Notes under the pieces: generated by a model
Seen by the model: the letters and a program-made list of their open reading frames with translations, nothing else
The model's database searches: none
What the model was told of the DNA's origin: nothing
Part shown: positions 46,787 through 56,931 of the stretch, piece after piece
How positions within the stretch are numbered: position 1 is the stretch's first letter
Layout of the letters: the number at the start of each line of letters is the position of its first letter
NCBI GenBank assembly: GCA_965216565.1
Contig: OZ244170.1
Span: forward strand, 4,928,001 to 4,992,000
DNA length: 64,000 bases
Reading direction: 5' to 3'
DNA from: Bythopirellula sp.
GTDB lineage: Bacteria > Planctomycetota > Planctomycetia > Pirellulales > Lacipirellulaceae
Program-made: the position numbers and the translations under genes

Positions 46787-47812
46787 CTAGCTGCGGCGAC
46801 TATCGGTACCGGCGATTGCTTCCCGCATGTCGGTGTCGGCTTGGACATTTTTCATTTTATAGTAGTCCAAGATTCCTAGCTTGCCGGAGGAAAACGCATC
46901 GGCCATTGCCTTGGGCACCTCGGCTTCGGCTTCTACCAGGTGGCTCCGGTTCTCTTCGATCTTGGCAAAGTTCTCTTGCTCTTGCGAAACCGCCATTGCA
47001 CGACGACCCTCCGCCTGGGCTCGGGCAACGCGGGTATCGGCTTCGGCCTGATCGGCTTGCAGTCGGGCACCAATATTGTCGCCGACATCGATATCGGCAA
47101 TGTCGATCGAAACGATCTCAAAGGCTGTTTGCGAATCCAACCGACGCGCTAGCACCGCCTTGGAAATGGTATCGGGATTTTCCAGCACGTGCGCGTGGGT
47201 TGGTGCCGAGCCGATGGCGCTGACGATGCCCTCGCCGACACGTGCGACGATGGTCTCTTCGGTGGCACCGCCGATGAGCTGATCCAGGTTGGCACGCACG
47301 GTGACACGAGCCTTTACCTTCAGCTGGATACCATCTTTGGCAATCGCGTCGAGCGAAGGCCGTTTGGAGCCACGCATCGGACAGTCGATCACACGTGGAT
47401 AGACGCTAGTTTGCACGGCTTCCAGAATGTTACGCCCGGCGAGGTCAATCGCCGTAGCGCGTTTGAAATCGATATCGATAATTTTCGCTTTGCGGGCAGC
47501 GATCATGGCACGAATCACCAGGGGCACGTTGCCACCGGCCAGATAGTGGGCTTCGAGACCTTTGGTGGTAAGTCCTTCCGACTCATCGAGCCCAGCTTGC
47601 ACGGCCATGATTTTGCTGCGCACCATGACGTTGGGATTCACGCGACGAAACTTCATGCGAATCAAATCGAAGATGCCGATCCCGGCGCCTGTGGTTTTTG
47701 ACTGAATCCACAGTCGAAAAAACCTGAAGAAGACAAACAGAACCACCAGCACGACGATCAGAAATAAAACGACCAGAATCAGACTGAGGTTGACTAACGA
47801 GCCATCATCCAT
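46787..47812 (-). CDS. floA: flotillin-like protein FloA (YqfA)
   Basis: [70 protein letters not shown]. Confidence 0.95.
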   Translation of the reverse strand: MDDGSLVNLSLILVVLFLIVVLVVLFVFFRFFRLWIQSKTTGAGIGIFDLIRMKFRRVNPNVMVRSKIMAVQAGLDESEGLTTKGLEAHYLAGGNVPLVIRAMIAARKAKIIDIDFKRATAIDLAGRNILEAVQTSVYPRVIDCPMRGSKRPSLDAIAKDGIQLKVKARVTVRANLDQLIGGATEETIVARVGEGIVSAIGSAPTHAHVLENPDTISKAVLARRLDSQTAFEIVSIDIADIDVGDNIGARLQADQAEADTRVARAQAEGRRAMAVSQEQENFAKIEENRSHLVEAEAEVPKAMADAFSSGKLGILDYYKMKNVQADTDMREAIAGTDSRRS

Positions 47813-47924
47813 CGTTTCGATCTCCGGAATCAACTGTAAGAGGTGCTAAGTTTGCGTCTGAGGAAGCAAACCTGTGTCACTGTTTTGTAGTGTTTGAGGG
47901 TACCAATTGCAAGGTGAGCCCTGT

Positions 47925-48506
47925 TTAGGACAGTGGATCGTCCAATCCATCGAGCCCTAAGTCTTCGACAGGGGTTTCCAGCAAATCTTTGGCGTAGCCG
48001 GTGTCTTGCTTCGCTTCGCCTTCATCAGCCAGACGTACAACCACGCGGTTGCCCCGAACCTCGACCACAACGACCGGTTGGCCGATGTCGATCGCAGCTC
48101 CATTGCTCACGGCGTCGACTAATCGTCCATCGACCGACACGGAGCCCGAGGGCAACATCTTCGACTTGGTAGTTCCGACGCGACCGACCAAGTCGCGCCG
48201 CCAATCGCTGGGGCGGATTTCGTCTTCCTCGGGGAGTTCGCCCAAGAAGGCCTTGCCCATGGGTGTGTGGGGCCAGTATTTGAACGCGAGCCCAATCACC
48301 GTCGGCACGCCGAATAAGGTAATTGCGACGAAGCCGAACCCGGTTGTCATATCGCGGCGGAAAGCCATGAGCACACTGCCGGCAATTGCCACCACGGATA
48401 GAAAGCCCAGGATCCCGCCTGAGGGGATGAAAACTTCCAGCACAATCAATCCGCAGCCTACGATCATCAACAGGATGGCCCAGGATAGGGGATCCAATGC
48501 ATACAT
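47925..48506 (-). CDS. short NfeD family protein
   Basis: LEVFIPSGGILG TM region; OB-fold MLPSGSVSVDGRLVDAVS...GNRVVVR. Confidence 0.88.
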   Translation of the reverse strand: MYALDPLSWAILLMIVGCGLIVLEVFIPSGGILGFLSVVAIAGSVLMAFRRDMTTGFGFVAITLFGVPTVIGLAFKYWPHTPMGKAFLGELPEEDEIRPSDWRRDLVGRVGTTKSKMLPSGSVSVDGRLVDAVSNGAAIDIGQPVVVVEVRGNRVVVRLADEGEAKQDTGYAKDLLETPVEDLGLDGLDDPLS

Positions 48507-48686
48507 GGGTAAACCTTTTCGGAATTCTTCTCTGGTAACTTTTTTCGCTTCAAGACATGAACCGCAGCGCCCGGCCATTTGTCGAGCTGCAGACACTTCC
48601 TCCGCATTTTACCACTTTAGAGGACATTTAGGCAAAGAGATCGGGGACTTGCCAAGTTGATCGTTTCTCTGGTTCGCAACCAGCAA

Positions 48687-50885
48687 TCAGGCATTGCTTT
48701 GTGCGGCAGAACGCACGATGACTCGGTTGCCCCGGGCATCGACCACTACGATCGGTTCCCCTGCGTCGAGGGCCTCGCCCTCGGCGATGACATCGAGCAG
48801 TTGATGGTCGATTTCTGCTTTCCCCGAGGGACGCAAGTGCGTGGTTGCAACGCCCTCTAGGCCGATCAGATTGGAATAATCGACTATGGATTCGTTCTTT
48901 TCCATAAACGCACGCTCTTCGGGGGGCGGGGGCGACAGCACCATCTTTCTGAACACGGGGACCTGCGGCAGAAAATAATTTGACAGCACTACCAGCACCA
49001 GGAACCCGGCACCGGCGAATACCACCGATCCCATAGAACCGACCAACTCTCGCATATCACTTTCGCTATGCGGGGCCACAAAGGTGAGGCTCGCCAGGAC
49101 CAGCGAAGAAACGATCAGTGCCCCGCCTCCCAGTCCAAAAATTCCGAACCCGGGTAGCACAAAAACTTCTAGCAGAATGAATGCCATGCCGGTAACAAAA
49201 AGTAGCACTTCGAGCCAACCCGACGTGCCGTCGAGAAATTTACTCCAGAAGAATAGCACCAGTGCCACGGTGGCAATAAATCCGCCCAGGCCCAAACCGG
49301 GCGTACGCAGTTCGAGATACAGCCCCGCAAAGCCAGTAAGTAGCAGCAGTACGCTGAATTGGGGCGAGGCGAGCGCCTCGATCAATTCCAATGCCCAATT
49401 TGGCTCCAAGACAATCGGCTCTCGGGACAGGGCGAATTGTTCCTTGAGTTCGTCGAAGCTCTCGACATTGCGCCAAGCCAGATCGAGTTCCAACGCGCGC
49501 TCGCCAGAAAATTCCAACGGGCCCTTGGCTTCGGCGATTGGTTGGGGTTGCTGCCAGTTTAAGGCGTCGGGCAAGGCTGCCATCTCCTCGCCACTCATGA
49601 TTTTTTTAGCTCCGGTAATCTTATTTTGATATTCGAGCAGTTCGATTTCCGGATCGACCATCGCGGCCAGCATCGACCAACTATGGTTTGTCTGCGGGGC
49701 GAGCGATTCGCTAAGCGAACTCTCCACCGCAAGCCGATCTGCCTCGTCTAGTTTTTCGGTAGAGCCCTGCAACCGCGCCGTGGGGTGCATTACCAGTCGG
49801 TCGCAGGACATTGCAACCAAGGCCGCCCCGCCGACCGCCTCGGAAGGAACGTAAGCCACCGTTTGTACGGCATTGGCATCCAGGCTAGCCAGCGTCGTGG
49901 CCAGTCGGAGGCACGCCTCCAAGTCGCCCCCTGCACTGTCGATGCGGACTCCTACCCAGTTCACTTGCCCAGGCTCCAAGTTGGAACCGAGAAGTGTTTC
50001 AATCTGGCCGGCGACCTTCGAGGTGATTTTACCTTGGATGTCGATGATTACAGGATTCCACTCGGTCATGTGCGCCTGATCTTCTTCCAACACATCGGCA
50101 GAAATATCGTAGGCTTGAGCGAGCGCTTCCCGGGTCGATGCCAGATACTTCACAAAACCAAACTGGCGCCCCTCTCGGCCATCAAACTCCGCAGAGGTCC
50201 CGACGGGAACTAGAACTTTTTGCGAGACGATCTCTCGACCCTCGGCAAACTCTTCCAAGTCTTCTTTAAGAATGAATTGAATACCTGTCTCGGTTTCTAT
50301 CTGCAGGACTTCCGTCTGCGGGTCGACGATGCCAATAGCGAGTGCGGTGGGAATGGTGCGACGCACATCCGAAATCTCGCGATATCCGGCGATCGTGGTC
50401 TGGCTGGTTTCGCCATCCTGCTGCAAAGCGGCATCGTTGCCTATTAGTGCCTCGGGCGCCATGACAATTTCTTCGCAAGCAAACGCGAGCAGCGCTCCGT
50501 GACCGCGTACAGAACGCGGGACAAAAGCCACAGTTTTTACGCTCGCCATTTCTCGACTGCTCAAGAAACGGGCCAGTGCATAGGCTCGCTCAAAGAGGCT
50601 GCCAGCGCCGGCGTCTAAGTCGTCGGCGCGAGGGGCGAGTTCGATTACTAAAAGTGGCCGTGAATCGCTCTTCTGGGCGCTGGCGACCGTCTGTAATTGA
50701 TCGCGAGTGCGTAGCAATCGATTGCGGAGCACCTGGTCGGCATTTCCGGTCAGCGGCAGATGCACTCGCACTAGCGCGGCTGGAATTTGCGTCGCCTCTT
50801 CGGCCAACAAGGTCCCTTCGGCACCCATTGCTGATAGGAGCAGCGATAGTAGGCCAAATAGATTTCGTCTCAATCGTAAGGTCAT
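48687..50885 (-). CDS. long NfeD family protein with tandem ClpP-like domains
   Basis: Two TVA(F/Y)VP...GA(L/A)...CE/DxxVMxPxA units, TM bundle ELRTPG/LEVFVLPGFG, C-terminal LRPSGKA OB-fold. Confidence 0.85.
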   Translation of the reverse strand: MTLRLRRNLFGLLSLLLSAMGAEGTLLAEEATQIPAALVRVHLPLTGNADQVLRNRLLRTRDQLQTVASAQKSDSRPLLVIELAPRADDLDAGAGSLFERAYALARFLSSREMASVKTVAFVPRSVRGHGALLAFACEEIVMAPEALIGNDAALQQDGETSQTTIAGYREISDVRRTIPTALAIGIVDPQTEVLQIETETGIQFILKEDLEEFAEGREIVSQKVLVPVGTSAEFDGREGRQFGFVKYLASTREALAQAYDISADVLEEDQAHMTEWNPVIIDIQGKITSKVAGQIETLLGSNLEPGQVNWVGVRIDSAGGDLEACLRLATTLASLDANAVQTVAYVPSEAVGGAALVAMSCDRLVMHPTARLQGSTEKLDEADRLAVESSLSESLAPQTNHSWSMLAAMVDPEIELLEYQNKITGAKKIMSGEEMAALPDALNWQQPQPIAEAKGPLEFSGERALELDLAWRNVESFDELKEQFALSREPIVLEPNWALELIEALASPQFSVLLLLTGFAGLYLELRTPGLGLGGFIATVALVLFFWSKFLDGTSGWLEVLLFVTGMAFILLEVFVLPGFGIFGLGGGALIVSSLVLASLTFVAPHSESDMRELVGSMGSVVFAGAGFLVLVVLSNYFLPQVPVFRKMVLSPPPPEERAFMEKNESIVDYSNLIGLEGVATTHLRPSGKAEIDHQLLDVIAEGEALDAGEPIVVVDARGNRVIVRSAAQSNA

Positions 50886-51145
50886 GACATGCCGATCTGG
50901 GGGCGAAGTTTTGGAACCGAATTTGATATCAACCACCAGGCTCCGATTGTTCATTCGCATCAAAAGGCCGCAGCTTGCCGTCTAGCCAGTTATATGTAGC
51001 TCGGAGAAACTTAAGACCGGCAGAATTATAGCGCGCAGCGAGTGCTCTGAACAGCAAACCCGTGCCTAACGTGTAGTGGGGCTTTAGGTTATGCGCTCGA
51101 AAGCGCAGGGGCCACTGGACAGCGGAGCCCCCGAGACGACAGAGC

Positions 51146-52087
51146 CTATTGAAGATAGTCCGAGCGGACCGCCACCCGGAGCGAACCTTCGGCCTGATGT
51201 TGGTAGCTGCCTTGGGGCGTTTGTTCAACGGAATTCATCAGCAGGGGCCCGGTGAAATCGGCCAATACTGTACGGCAGGTATCCAAGCGAATCACGACTG
51301 GACCGGTTGCTTGCAACGACAACGAACTACCAGGGCCACTGCCCATGTGAATATTGGCAGTAAACTCAGCACATGGGTGCCCGGAAAACTCTTTGATCTC
51401 TGCCAGTGTGAGTTGGAATTTGGTCACCTGTCCAATCTCCTCCCCCAAGCCAAGCATGCCGGCGGCTATCTCTTGGGGAAGCTCTAGGGTCTGTCCCAAT
51501 TTGAAGTCCCGCTCAAGGAGAAACTTCGCCAACGGGTTCGGTTTGCCGAGAGATTGCATGCTGCCAATTACAATTTCAAATTCTTCTTTCGGCGGAATCG
51601 TATTGTCTGGGTAGCGAACATTGAGTTGCCCCTCTTTGCGAGTCAGCAGATACGTCTTGCCTTCGACAGGTTGGACTTGTTCGCCCTGTTCGCTGCTGTG
51701 CTCCGGGAGCAAGTGACGAGAATGGGGGAACTTCACCCGCGCTCGCACAACTTGGCCTTGTTGAACCTCTAAGACTTCGACCTCACGCCGCTGGCCACGG
51801 CGCATAGTGGTTTCCTGTTGTTGGGCAACCTGGCCTTGCTGCACGATAGACGTTTGCAAGTTGAGTTCCATCGCCACCTGTTGCGTAACATGATCGCCAG
51901 CTTTGGCGGGCACCTGAGCAAATCGAACCCCCGTGGTTTGACCGAGAGCAGCCGTCGCTGCGGGGGAATTGTGCGTAGCCTGTTGAATGTCCTGAGCATG
52001 AACAGGTTGTTCCGCGCATGCGAGGAGGCACACCAGGACCAACTTAAGACGCATGCAGAACTTGGTTTTGTTACAGACGGTAGGCAT
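51146..52087 (-). CDS. secreted hypothetical protein
   Basis: 313-aa ORF with signal-like N-terminus and beta-rich body. Confidence 0.65.
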   Translation of the reverse strand: MPTVCNKTKFCMRLKLVLVCLLACAEQPVHAQDIQQATHNSPAATAALGQTTGVRFAQVPAKAGDHVTQQVAMELNLQTSIVQQGQVAQQQETTMRRGQRREVEVLEVQQGQVVRARVKFPHSRHLLPEHSSEQGEQVQPVEGKTYLLTRKEGQLNVRYPDNTIPPKEEFEIVIGSMQSLGKPNPLAKFLLERDFKLGQTLELPQEIAAGMLGLGEEIGQVTKFQLTLAEIKEFSGHPCAEFTANIHMGSGPGSSLSLQATGPVVIRLDTCRTVLADFTGPLLMNSVEQTPQGSYQHQAEGSLRVAVRSDYLQ

Positions 52088-52375
52088 CTTGCCGGTCCTT
52101 ATTAACGACGGAATCCATTCACGGCCGCACCTTCAAGGAACACGTCCTTGAAGAGAGCCTCAAAGAGAAAAAAGAGAGGCGGGGTATCATCGCAGCCAGG
52201 CAAACTGGGTCAAGCTCGATCGCAGCGCCAGCACTCAGTACCTCTTTGCGACTACAGTACTGCCTGAACCTGTGGCAGGGACTGGCACGACGATGCTACG
52301 GTCGCAGGGAGTTCTAACCGACGTCCTGCGTCGAGCCAGTCCCTATTTTTCGACTCCCGACCTAGCCACGCAGTG

Positions 52376-53266
52376 CTAGGGCATCGCCTCGCTGAGCATT
52401 GCATCGAGTGCTGTCAGCGCCACCGGCCAGCGTGTACTGCCAGCACGGTAGGTTTGCCACCATTTCTGCAGGAGCGGACCAATCGCCACCGGCAGTTCGG
52501 CAGGCAAATACCAACGATCAATCGCCAGGGCCAGCGTCTGCTCGTCCGCCTGGGCGAGTTCCAATTGTTCAGCCGCTTCAAGCACTAACGGCAACGTCGC
52601 CAATTGTGCAATGAGAGAAAGCCGTTGGCCGGGGAAATTCTCAGAGAAAATCGGCAAGTCGAGATTCAATTGCGAAAGGAGCCAAGCAAGTCGGAGGGAT
52701 TCGGGAAGTTCAGGATTCGGGTTCACCAAAACGGCTTCGAAGGTAACCAGATTTCCTTGCAAGTGGGCTCTGCCGTGCCCACCCACAATCGGAGCCACGA
52801 GTACCACTTCAGCCGACGGTGCTACCACCAGCTCGTCGCTGAGTTGGGCGACTTGCTTCAACAACCCCGGTCCGCGGCTTTCCCACTGTTCCAGAAGCGG
52901 TCGGCCCCGTGCAGCAAGCTCCTCGACCAAGTTGGGGTTCGTCCTGAGCAACGCAGATTCTAAATCGCTTACAGCCCCAGCCAACAGGCTCACGTTAAGC
53001 TCGCTCAACCCGCTGCTTCCCCAGCGACGTGTCAGCGCCCTCTCAGCCAAATGACGGTTGTTTTCTACCTGTCCGGCAAGACCCACCAACTGCGCGAGCA
53101 TTTCGTCCGGCGAGAGGCCCGGTATTGCCAATTCGTTTAGAAATTGATCGACGGGGCCGCTCAACTCGGAGGCCAACTGCTGATCGGCCACGGGCAGACC
53201 TTCGCGAAAGCATGCTGCTGCGTGCAAACAGGTGGCCGAAACGCTGGCCTTCCAACTGAGCTTCAT
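52376..53266 (-). CDS. hypothetical protein
   Basis: Long ORF with plausible composition; no recognised motif. Confidence 0.65.
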   Translation of the reverse strand: MKLSWKASVSATCLHAAACFREGLPVADQQLASELSGPVDQFLNELAIPGLSPDEMLAQLVGLAGQVENNRHLAERALTRRWGSSGLSELNVSLLAGAVSDLESALLRTNPNLVEELAARGRPLLEQWESRGPGLLKQVAQLSDELVVAPSAEVVLVAPIVGGHGRAHLQGNLVTFEAVLVNPNPELPESLRLAWLLSQLNLDLPIFSENFPGQRLSLIAQLATLPLVLEAAEQLELAQADEQTLALAIDRWYLPAELPVAIGPLLQKWWQTYRAGSTRWPVALTALDAMLSEAMP

Positions 53267-53446
53267 CGATTGGGACCCTTGGCTTGAAGACCTACGCATG
53301 GTGCGCGCAATGCTATCGCTACGTCAATAGAAGTCGGTCTAGTTCCCCCGGCACACGCTTGCTATGCTCCCGCCCGATTTCGGCAAATCTTCCCCCGTTG
53401 AATGCCTTGGTGCTCGAATGTGGCACCACCCACGAGAAAGTCTCCA

Positions 53447-54523
53447 ATGCGTACAAGCATTTTTCAATTGTTGCCCAGCGCAGTTCTCGCCCTCGTATTC
53501 TTGACCTCCGCGAGCAACGCTCAGCAGCCTTACCCGAACACATCTGATGCCGTCCAACCAGCGGCAACAATCCCCGCAGCGGGGACGTTGGGTCAACCGT
53601 TGAGGCAAGTGGCTCAGCCTGCACCCCAGGTAGCTCCTGGTCAACTTGCTCAGGCGCAATTGGCCCCTGGACAATTGGCTCCCAACCAGGTGGCTGGCTC
53701 AGGCGGTGCGCCAATGCAGCAAATGCCGATGGGCCCTCCGTTTCAGTTGAGTCCTGTCGAGCAGCAGTTCGTCGATCAAATCTTGCAAGAATGGGAAAAC
53801 CGCGGAGCGGAAGTGAAGACGTTCGACTGCCAATTTGAACGCTGGGAGTACGATCCCGTGTTCGGCCCCGGCACCGAAGATCCTGCCATCAAGAGTCACG
53901 GTCGGCTCACGTATTCGAAACCCGACAAGGGAAGTTTCAAGATCGAAAAGATTTTTCGATACAAGAAAAAGGGTGAAAACCAACCCGCCGACTACGAACT
54001 GCAAGAGCACGAAATCGGCGAACACTGGGTCTGCGATGGCAAGGCAGTCTATGAGTACAAGCATGACAAGAAGCAGTTAGTGGTTCAAAAACTACCACCC
54101 GACATGCGGGGGACCGATATCGTCAATGGCCCTCTGCCCTTCTTGTTTGGAGCAGAGGCCAAGAAACTCAAGGCACGCTATTGGATGCGCACGAAGCAAT
54201 CGGACGCGGCCACGATCTTGCTCGAAGCCTTCCCACGCAAACAAGTCGACGCGGCCAATTACCACCACGTCGAGGTCATACTCGATCGCAAGACGATGCT
54301 ACCCCAAGGTATTCAAGTTCACATGCCCAATGGCAAAAGCCGTGCGGTTTACATTTTCCAAATGCCAACGGTCAACGGCACGCTCGACCAACTGTTCGGC
54401 GGACTCTTCAGCTCACCGCGGACACCTTTTGGCTGGAGAAAAGTTGTGGTCGAAGCCCCACAGCCTGGACCGGCAGCGCCCGGACCACAAGCGGCGGCCC
54501 CTCAGGGGACCTTGTTACAGTAG
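53447..54523 (+). CDS. planctomycete TIGR03009-like secreted protein (LolA-like fold inferred)
   Basis: Signal peptide, Q/P-rich repeats, L..WE...F.R..YD..F, G.L.YSKPDKG, WVCDGK, GPLPFLFG. Confidence 0.7.
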   Translation: MRTSIFQLLPSAVLALVFLTSASNAQQPYPNTSDAVQPAATIPAAGTLGQPLRQVAQPAPQVAPGQLAQAQLAPGQLAPNQVAGSGGAPMQQMPMGPPFQLSPVEQQFVDQILQEWENRGAEVKTFDCQFERWEYDPVFGPGTEDPAIKSHGRLTYSKPDKGSFKIEKIFRYKKKGENQPADYELQEHEIGEHWVCDGKAVYEYKHDKKQLVVQKLPPDMRGTDIVNGPLPFLFGAEAKKLKARYWMRTKQSDAATILLEAFPRKQVDAANYHHVEVILDRKTMLPQGIQVHMPNGKSRAVYIFQMPTVNGTLDQLFGGLFSSPRTPFGWRKVVVEAPQPGPAAPGPQAAAPQGTLLQ

Positions 54524-54535
54524 TCGGCTAAGATG

Positions 54536-55708
54536 CTAGCCGAGGATTTCGCGGTAGACGCCTGCCACTTCGGTGGCCATGGCGTGTGCTGAGAAGTGCG
54601 ATGCGTGACGCTCTTGGGCGTTGCGGCTCATGGCTGCGTAATTGAGCTCGCTCTCGCCCGCCACAAGTTCTTCGATCGCCATCGCTAGCTGGCTGATACT
54701 CCCCGGCTCGAACAGCAGTCCATCTTCTCGGTGACGAATTGCTTCGGGGACACCTTCCACGTGGCTGGCTACGACGGGAACCGCGGCAGCCATGCTTTCC
54801 AGCACCACCATCGGCAAGCCCTCGCCAAACAAACTTGGCAATACAAATAGGTCAATCTCGGCAAACTCTGCTGCGATGTCGTCAACAAACCCGGTCCAGG
54901 TAATCGCGTCGCCAACGCCGCGACTGCTGACGAGCGATTTGATTTCTTGCTCATACTCGAGCGATTCAAAAGGCCCAATGGCACGCAATTGCACGTTGCG
55001 ACCCTGAGATCGCAACGCCGCTAAGGCTTCGATTAGAACTTCGATGCCTTTGCGGGGGCGAAATAAGGCGGCGATGCCAAGAGTCCAGGCACCCGTCGGG
55101 GTGTCACGCGGCGCGGCGCCGATGGGGGGCACACCGTTGGGAACGTAAACCACGCGATGCTCAGCGAACCCCTGCTCGCACATCAGTTTCTTCAAACTAG
55201 GCGAAACAGCGATCAACCGTTCGGCACGCCGCAGAGCCCATGTTTCCATTTTGGCGTTGAGGAAATTCTGCAACTTACGGGTTGAGTCCCTCGCCGTTGG
55301 GCTATGCACATGATAGACGAGCGGCACATTAGCCCTTCGTGCCGCCTGACTGCCGACGAGGAGCGAACGCGGAGTATGGGCGTGGACCACTTCGTAGTTT
55401 TCGTTCTTAATCAAATCGACGAGCTTGGTGACACACTGCGGATCGATCGCCCATCGCATGGGCACTTCGTCGAGTCGAGCAGACTGCGTCTTGCGTGCTT
55501 CAGGAAATCGGTCTGGTTTGACACAGGCAAAACCAACATCAAATCCCAAAGCGGGTAATTCCTGGGCCAACAAGTCCTGTACGCGTTCGGCGCCCGAGTA
55601 GTGCTCGCCATTGATTACATGTAGCACCCGCGCAGTAGCCTGTGTGGGCTGCGGCCCCAACACAAACGGTACGGTGGCCGGCATCTCGGAAATCTGAGGT
55701 TCGAACAT
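54536..55708 (-). CDS. glycosyltransferase family 4
   Basis: YSGAER, VHAHT, VPNGV, RKG, LPSLFGEGLPMVVLESMA. Confidence 0.92.
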   Translation of the reverse strand: MFEPQISEMPATVPFVLGPQPTQATARVLHVINGEHYSGAERVQDLLAQELPALGFDVGFACVKPDRFPEARKTQSARLDEVPMRWAIDPQCVTKLVDLIKNENYEVVHAHTPRSLLVGSQAARRANVPLVYHVHSPTARDSTRKLQNFLNAKMETWALRRAERLIAVSPSLKKLMCEQGFAEHRVVYVPNGVPPIGAAPRDTPTGAWTLGIAALFRPRKGIEVLIEALAALRSQGRNVQLRAIGPFESLEYEQEIKSLVSSRGVGDAITWTGFVDDIAAEFAEIDLFVLPSLFGEGLPMVVLESMAAAVPVVASHVEGVPEAIRHREDGLLFEPGSISQLAMAIEELVAGESELNYAAMSRNAQERHASHFSAHAMATEVAGVYREILG

Positions 55709-56007
55709 CTTGGCTCCCAACACTTCTCATAGCCCCGGGCATGGCCCAGGATTCCAAGCCCCAAAGGGCTTAGTAGAAGTCTAGTTCGCCTGGGGGAGCG
55801 TACCGGGGGGCAACAGATTGCCTGGGAACGATCCAAGAGAGAAGTTCCGATCGCACCGGCTGTGACGATCAACGCGAGGCCTTTCCCTCGTTGGGGGTGC
55901 CGCAACGGCCTGACTTTCATCGCACCGCGGCAAATCGCCATTGCAGCCCCGAGGTCTCCCGAGTGATACCACTGGTGCATATTTGAATGAAAACGGTGGC
56001 TGACTAC

Positions 56008-56325
56008 TCAGGCGCTCTTTGCTTGTTGCTCAAGAACCCTGAACACCACGCGGAAGGCCTTATAGCCGGCGGCAATTTTCTCTGCGTACAGATTCTGCAA
56101 TTCTGCTCGCAAGGCGTCCGCCGAGGGAAAGCCATCGGGGATTGCATCGCCATCGGTTAGCTTCTCTAGCTCTATCTGCTCGACGTACTCGATATGGATA
56201 TAGCCAATGCCGGGGATGAAGCTCCGCTGGCCGACGCGCATCATCCGCCAGCGCCATAGTCGAATTGTCTGTGTTTTTTCGCCTGCTCGAATTGCTGGCA
56301 GAAACTTCTTTTTGAAGAGCAACAT
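56008..56325 (-). CDS. ASCH domain protein
   Basis: IRAGEKTQTIR (GxKxxxxR) and DAIPDGF. Confidence 0.85.
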   Translation of the reverse strand: MLLFKKKFLPAIRAGEKTQTIRLWRWRMMRVGQRSFIPGIGYIHIEYVEQIELEKLTDGDAIPDGFPSADALRAELQNLYAEKIAAGYKAFRVVFRVLEQQAKSA

Positions 56326-56574
56326 ACGCCCAGTTCCTAGGGGTGTCTTGGTGTGGGAATTTGGCGGACTGGGGAGAACCTCATCTGTTCTCCCGGTTGT
56401 GGGCTTATTTTAGCGTGTGGAGTAAGTTTCTCGGGCTCAGCCAACAGGCTTGTAGCTGACATCGGTATGTCACCGGGCGGTTTTTTAGGCTCGCGACACG
56501 TGGGTCTCGTCTTTGGGATCCAGATCAGCCCCCGCGGGGCTTGTTCTCAGCGACTTTCCTCCCGGTAAGTCCCC

Positions 56575-56602
56575 TTGCGTACAGTCCTTACGAACCTATA
56601 AT
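56575..56602 (+). promoter_or_regulatory. putative sigma70 promoter of tRNA-Gly/tig
   Basis: TTGCGT-N16-TATAAT. Confidence 0.5.
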
Positions 56603-56646
56603 TTTGGGACGTTCTCGCTTTCCCCAGGGAAACAGGAACACGGTTT

Positions 56647-56719
56647 GCGGGTGTAGCTCAGTTGGTAGAGCACAACGTTGCCAACGTTGTTGTCGTGGGT
56701 TCGAATCCCATCACCCGCT
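56647..56719 (+). tRNA. tRNA-Gly(GCC)
   Basis: Acceptor GCGGGTG/CACCCGC, discriminator T, anticodon arm caacg-tt-GCC-aa-cgttg. Confidence 0.95.
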
Positions 56720-56931
56720 CTTTCGCCTTTCCACACCATTCCCAGTGAAGCGGCCCCTGTGAGGCGGTCCCGTGGATTGGCTTTTACAGACATAGATTCC
56801 AGGCCTAGTTGCGTTTTCCGGCAGATTGACTGCCGGTTTTTCGTTTTCAGGAAGAAAAAAGACGCAAAAATCAGAGCAAAGTCGCAGCCGTAATGGCTGT
56901 CGACGATTCGGACCAGTCCGAGGGAGACACG

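Noticed and set aside
52283..52297. Sigma54 -24/-12 promoter TGGCACG...TGC
   Set aside because: GG-to-GC spacing is 9 rather than 10 nt, and it points antisense to the flanking genes.
55724..56007. Riboswitch in the long leader of the glycosyltransferase
   Set aside because: Some hairpins are present, but I could not match any known aptamer consensus (c-di-GMP, cobalamin, TPP, SAM); an Infernal/Rfam scan would settle it.
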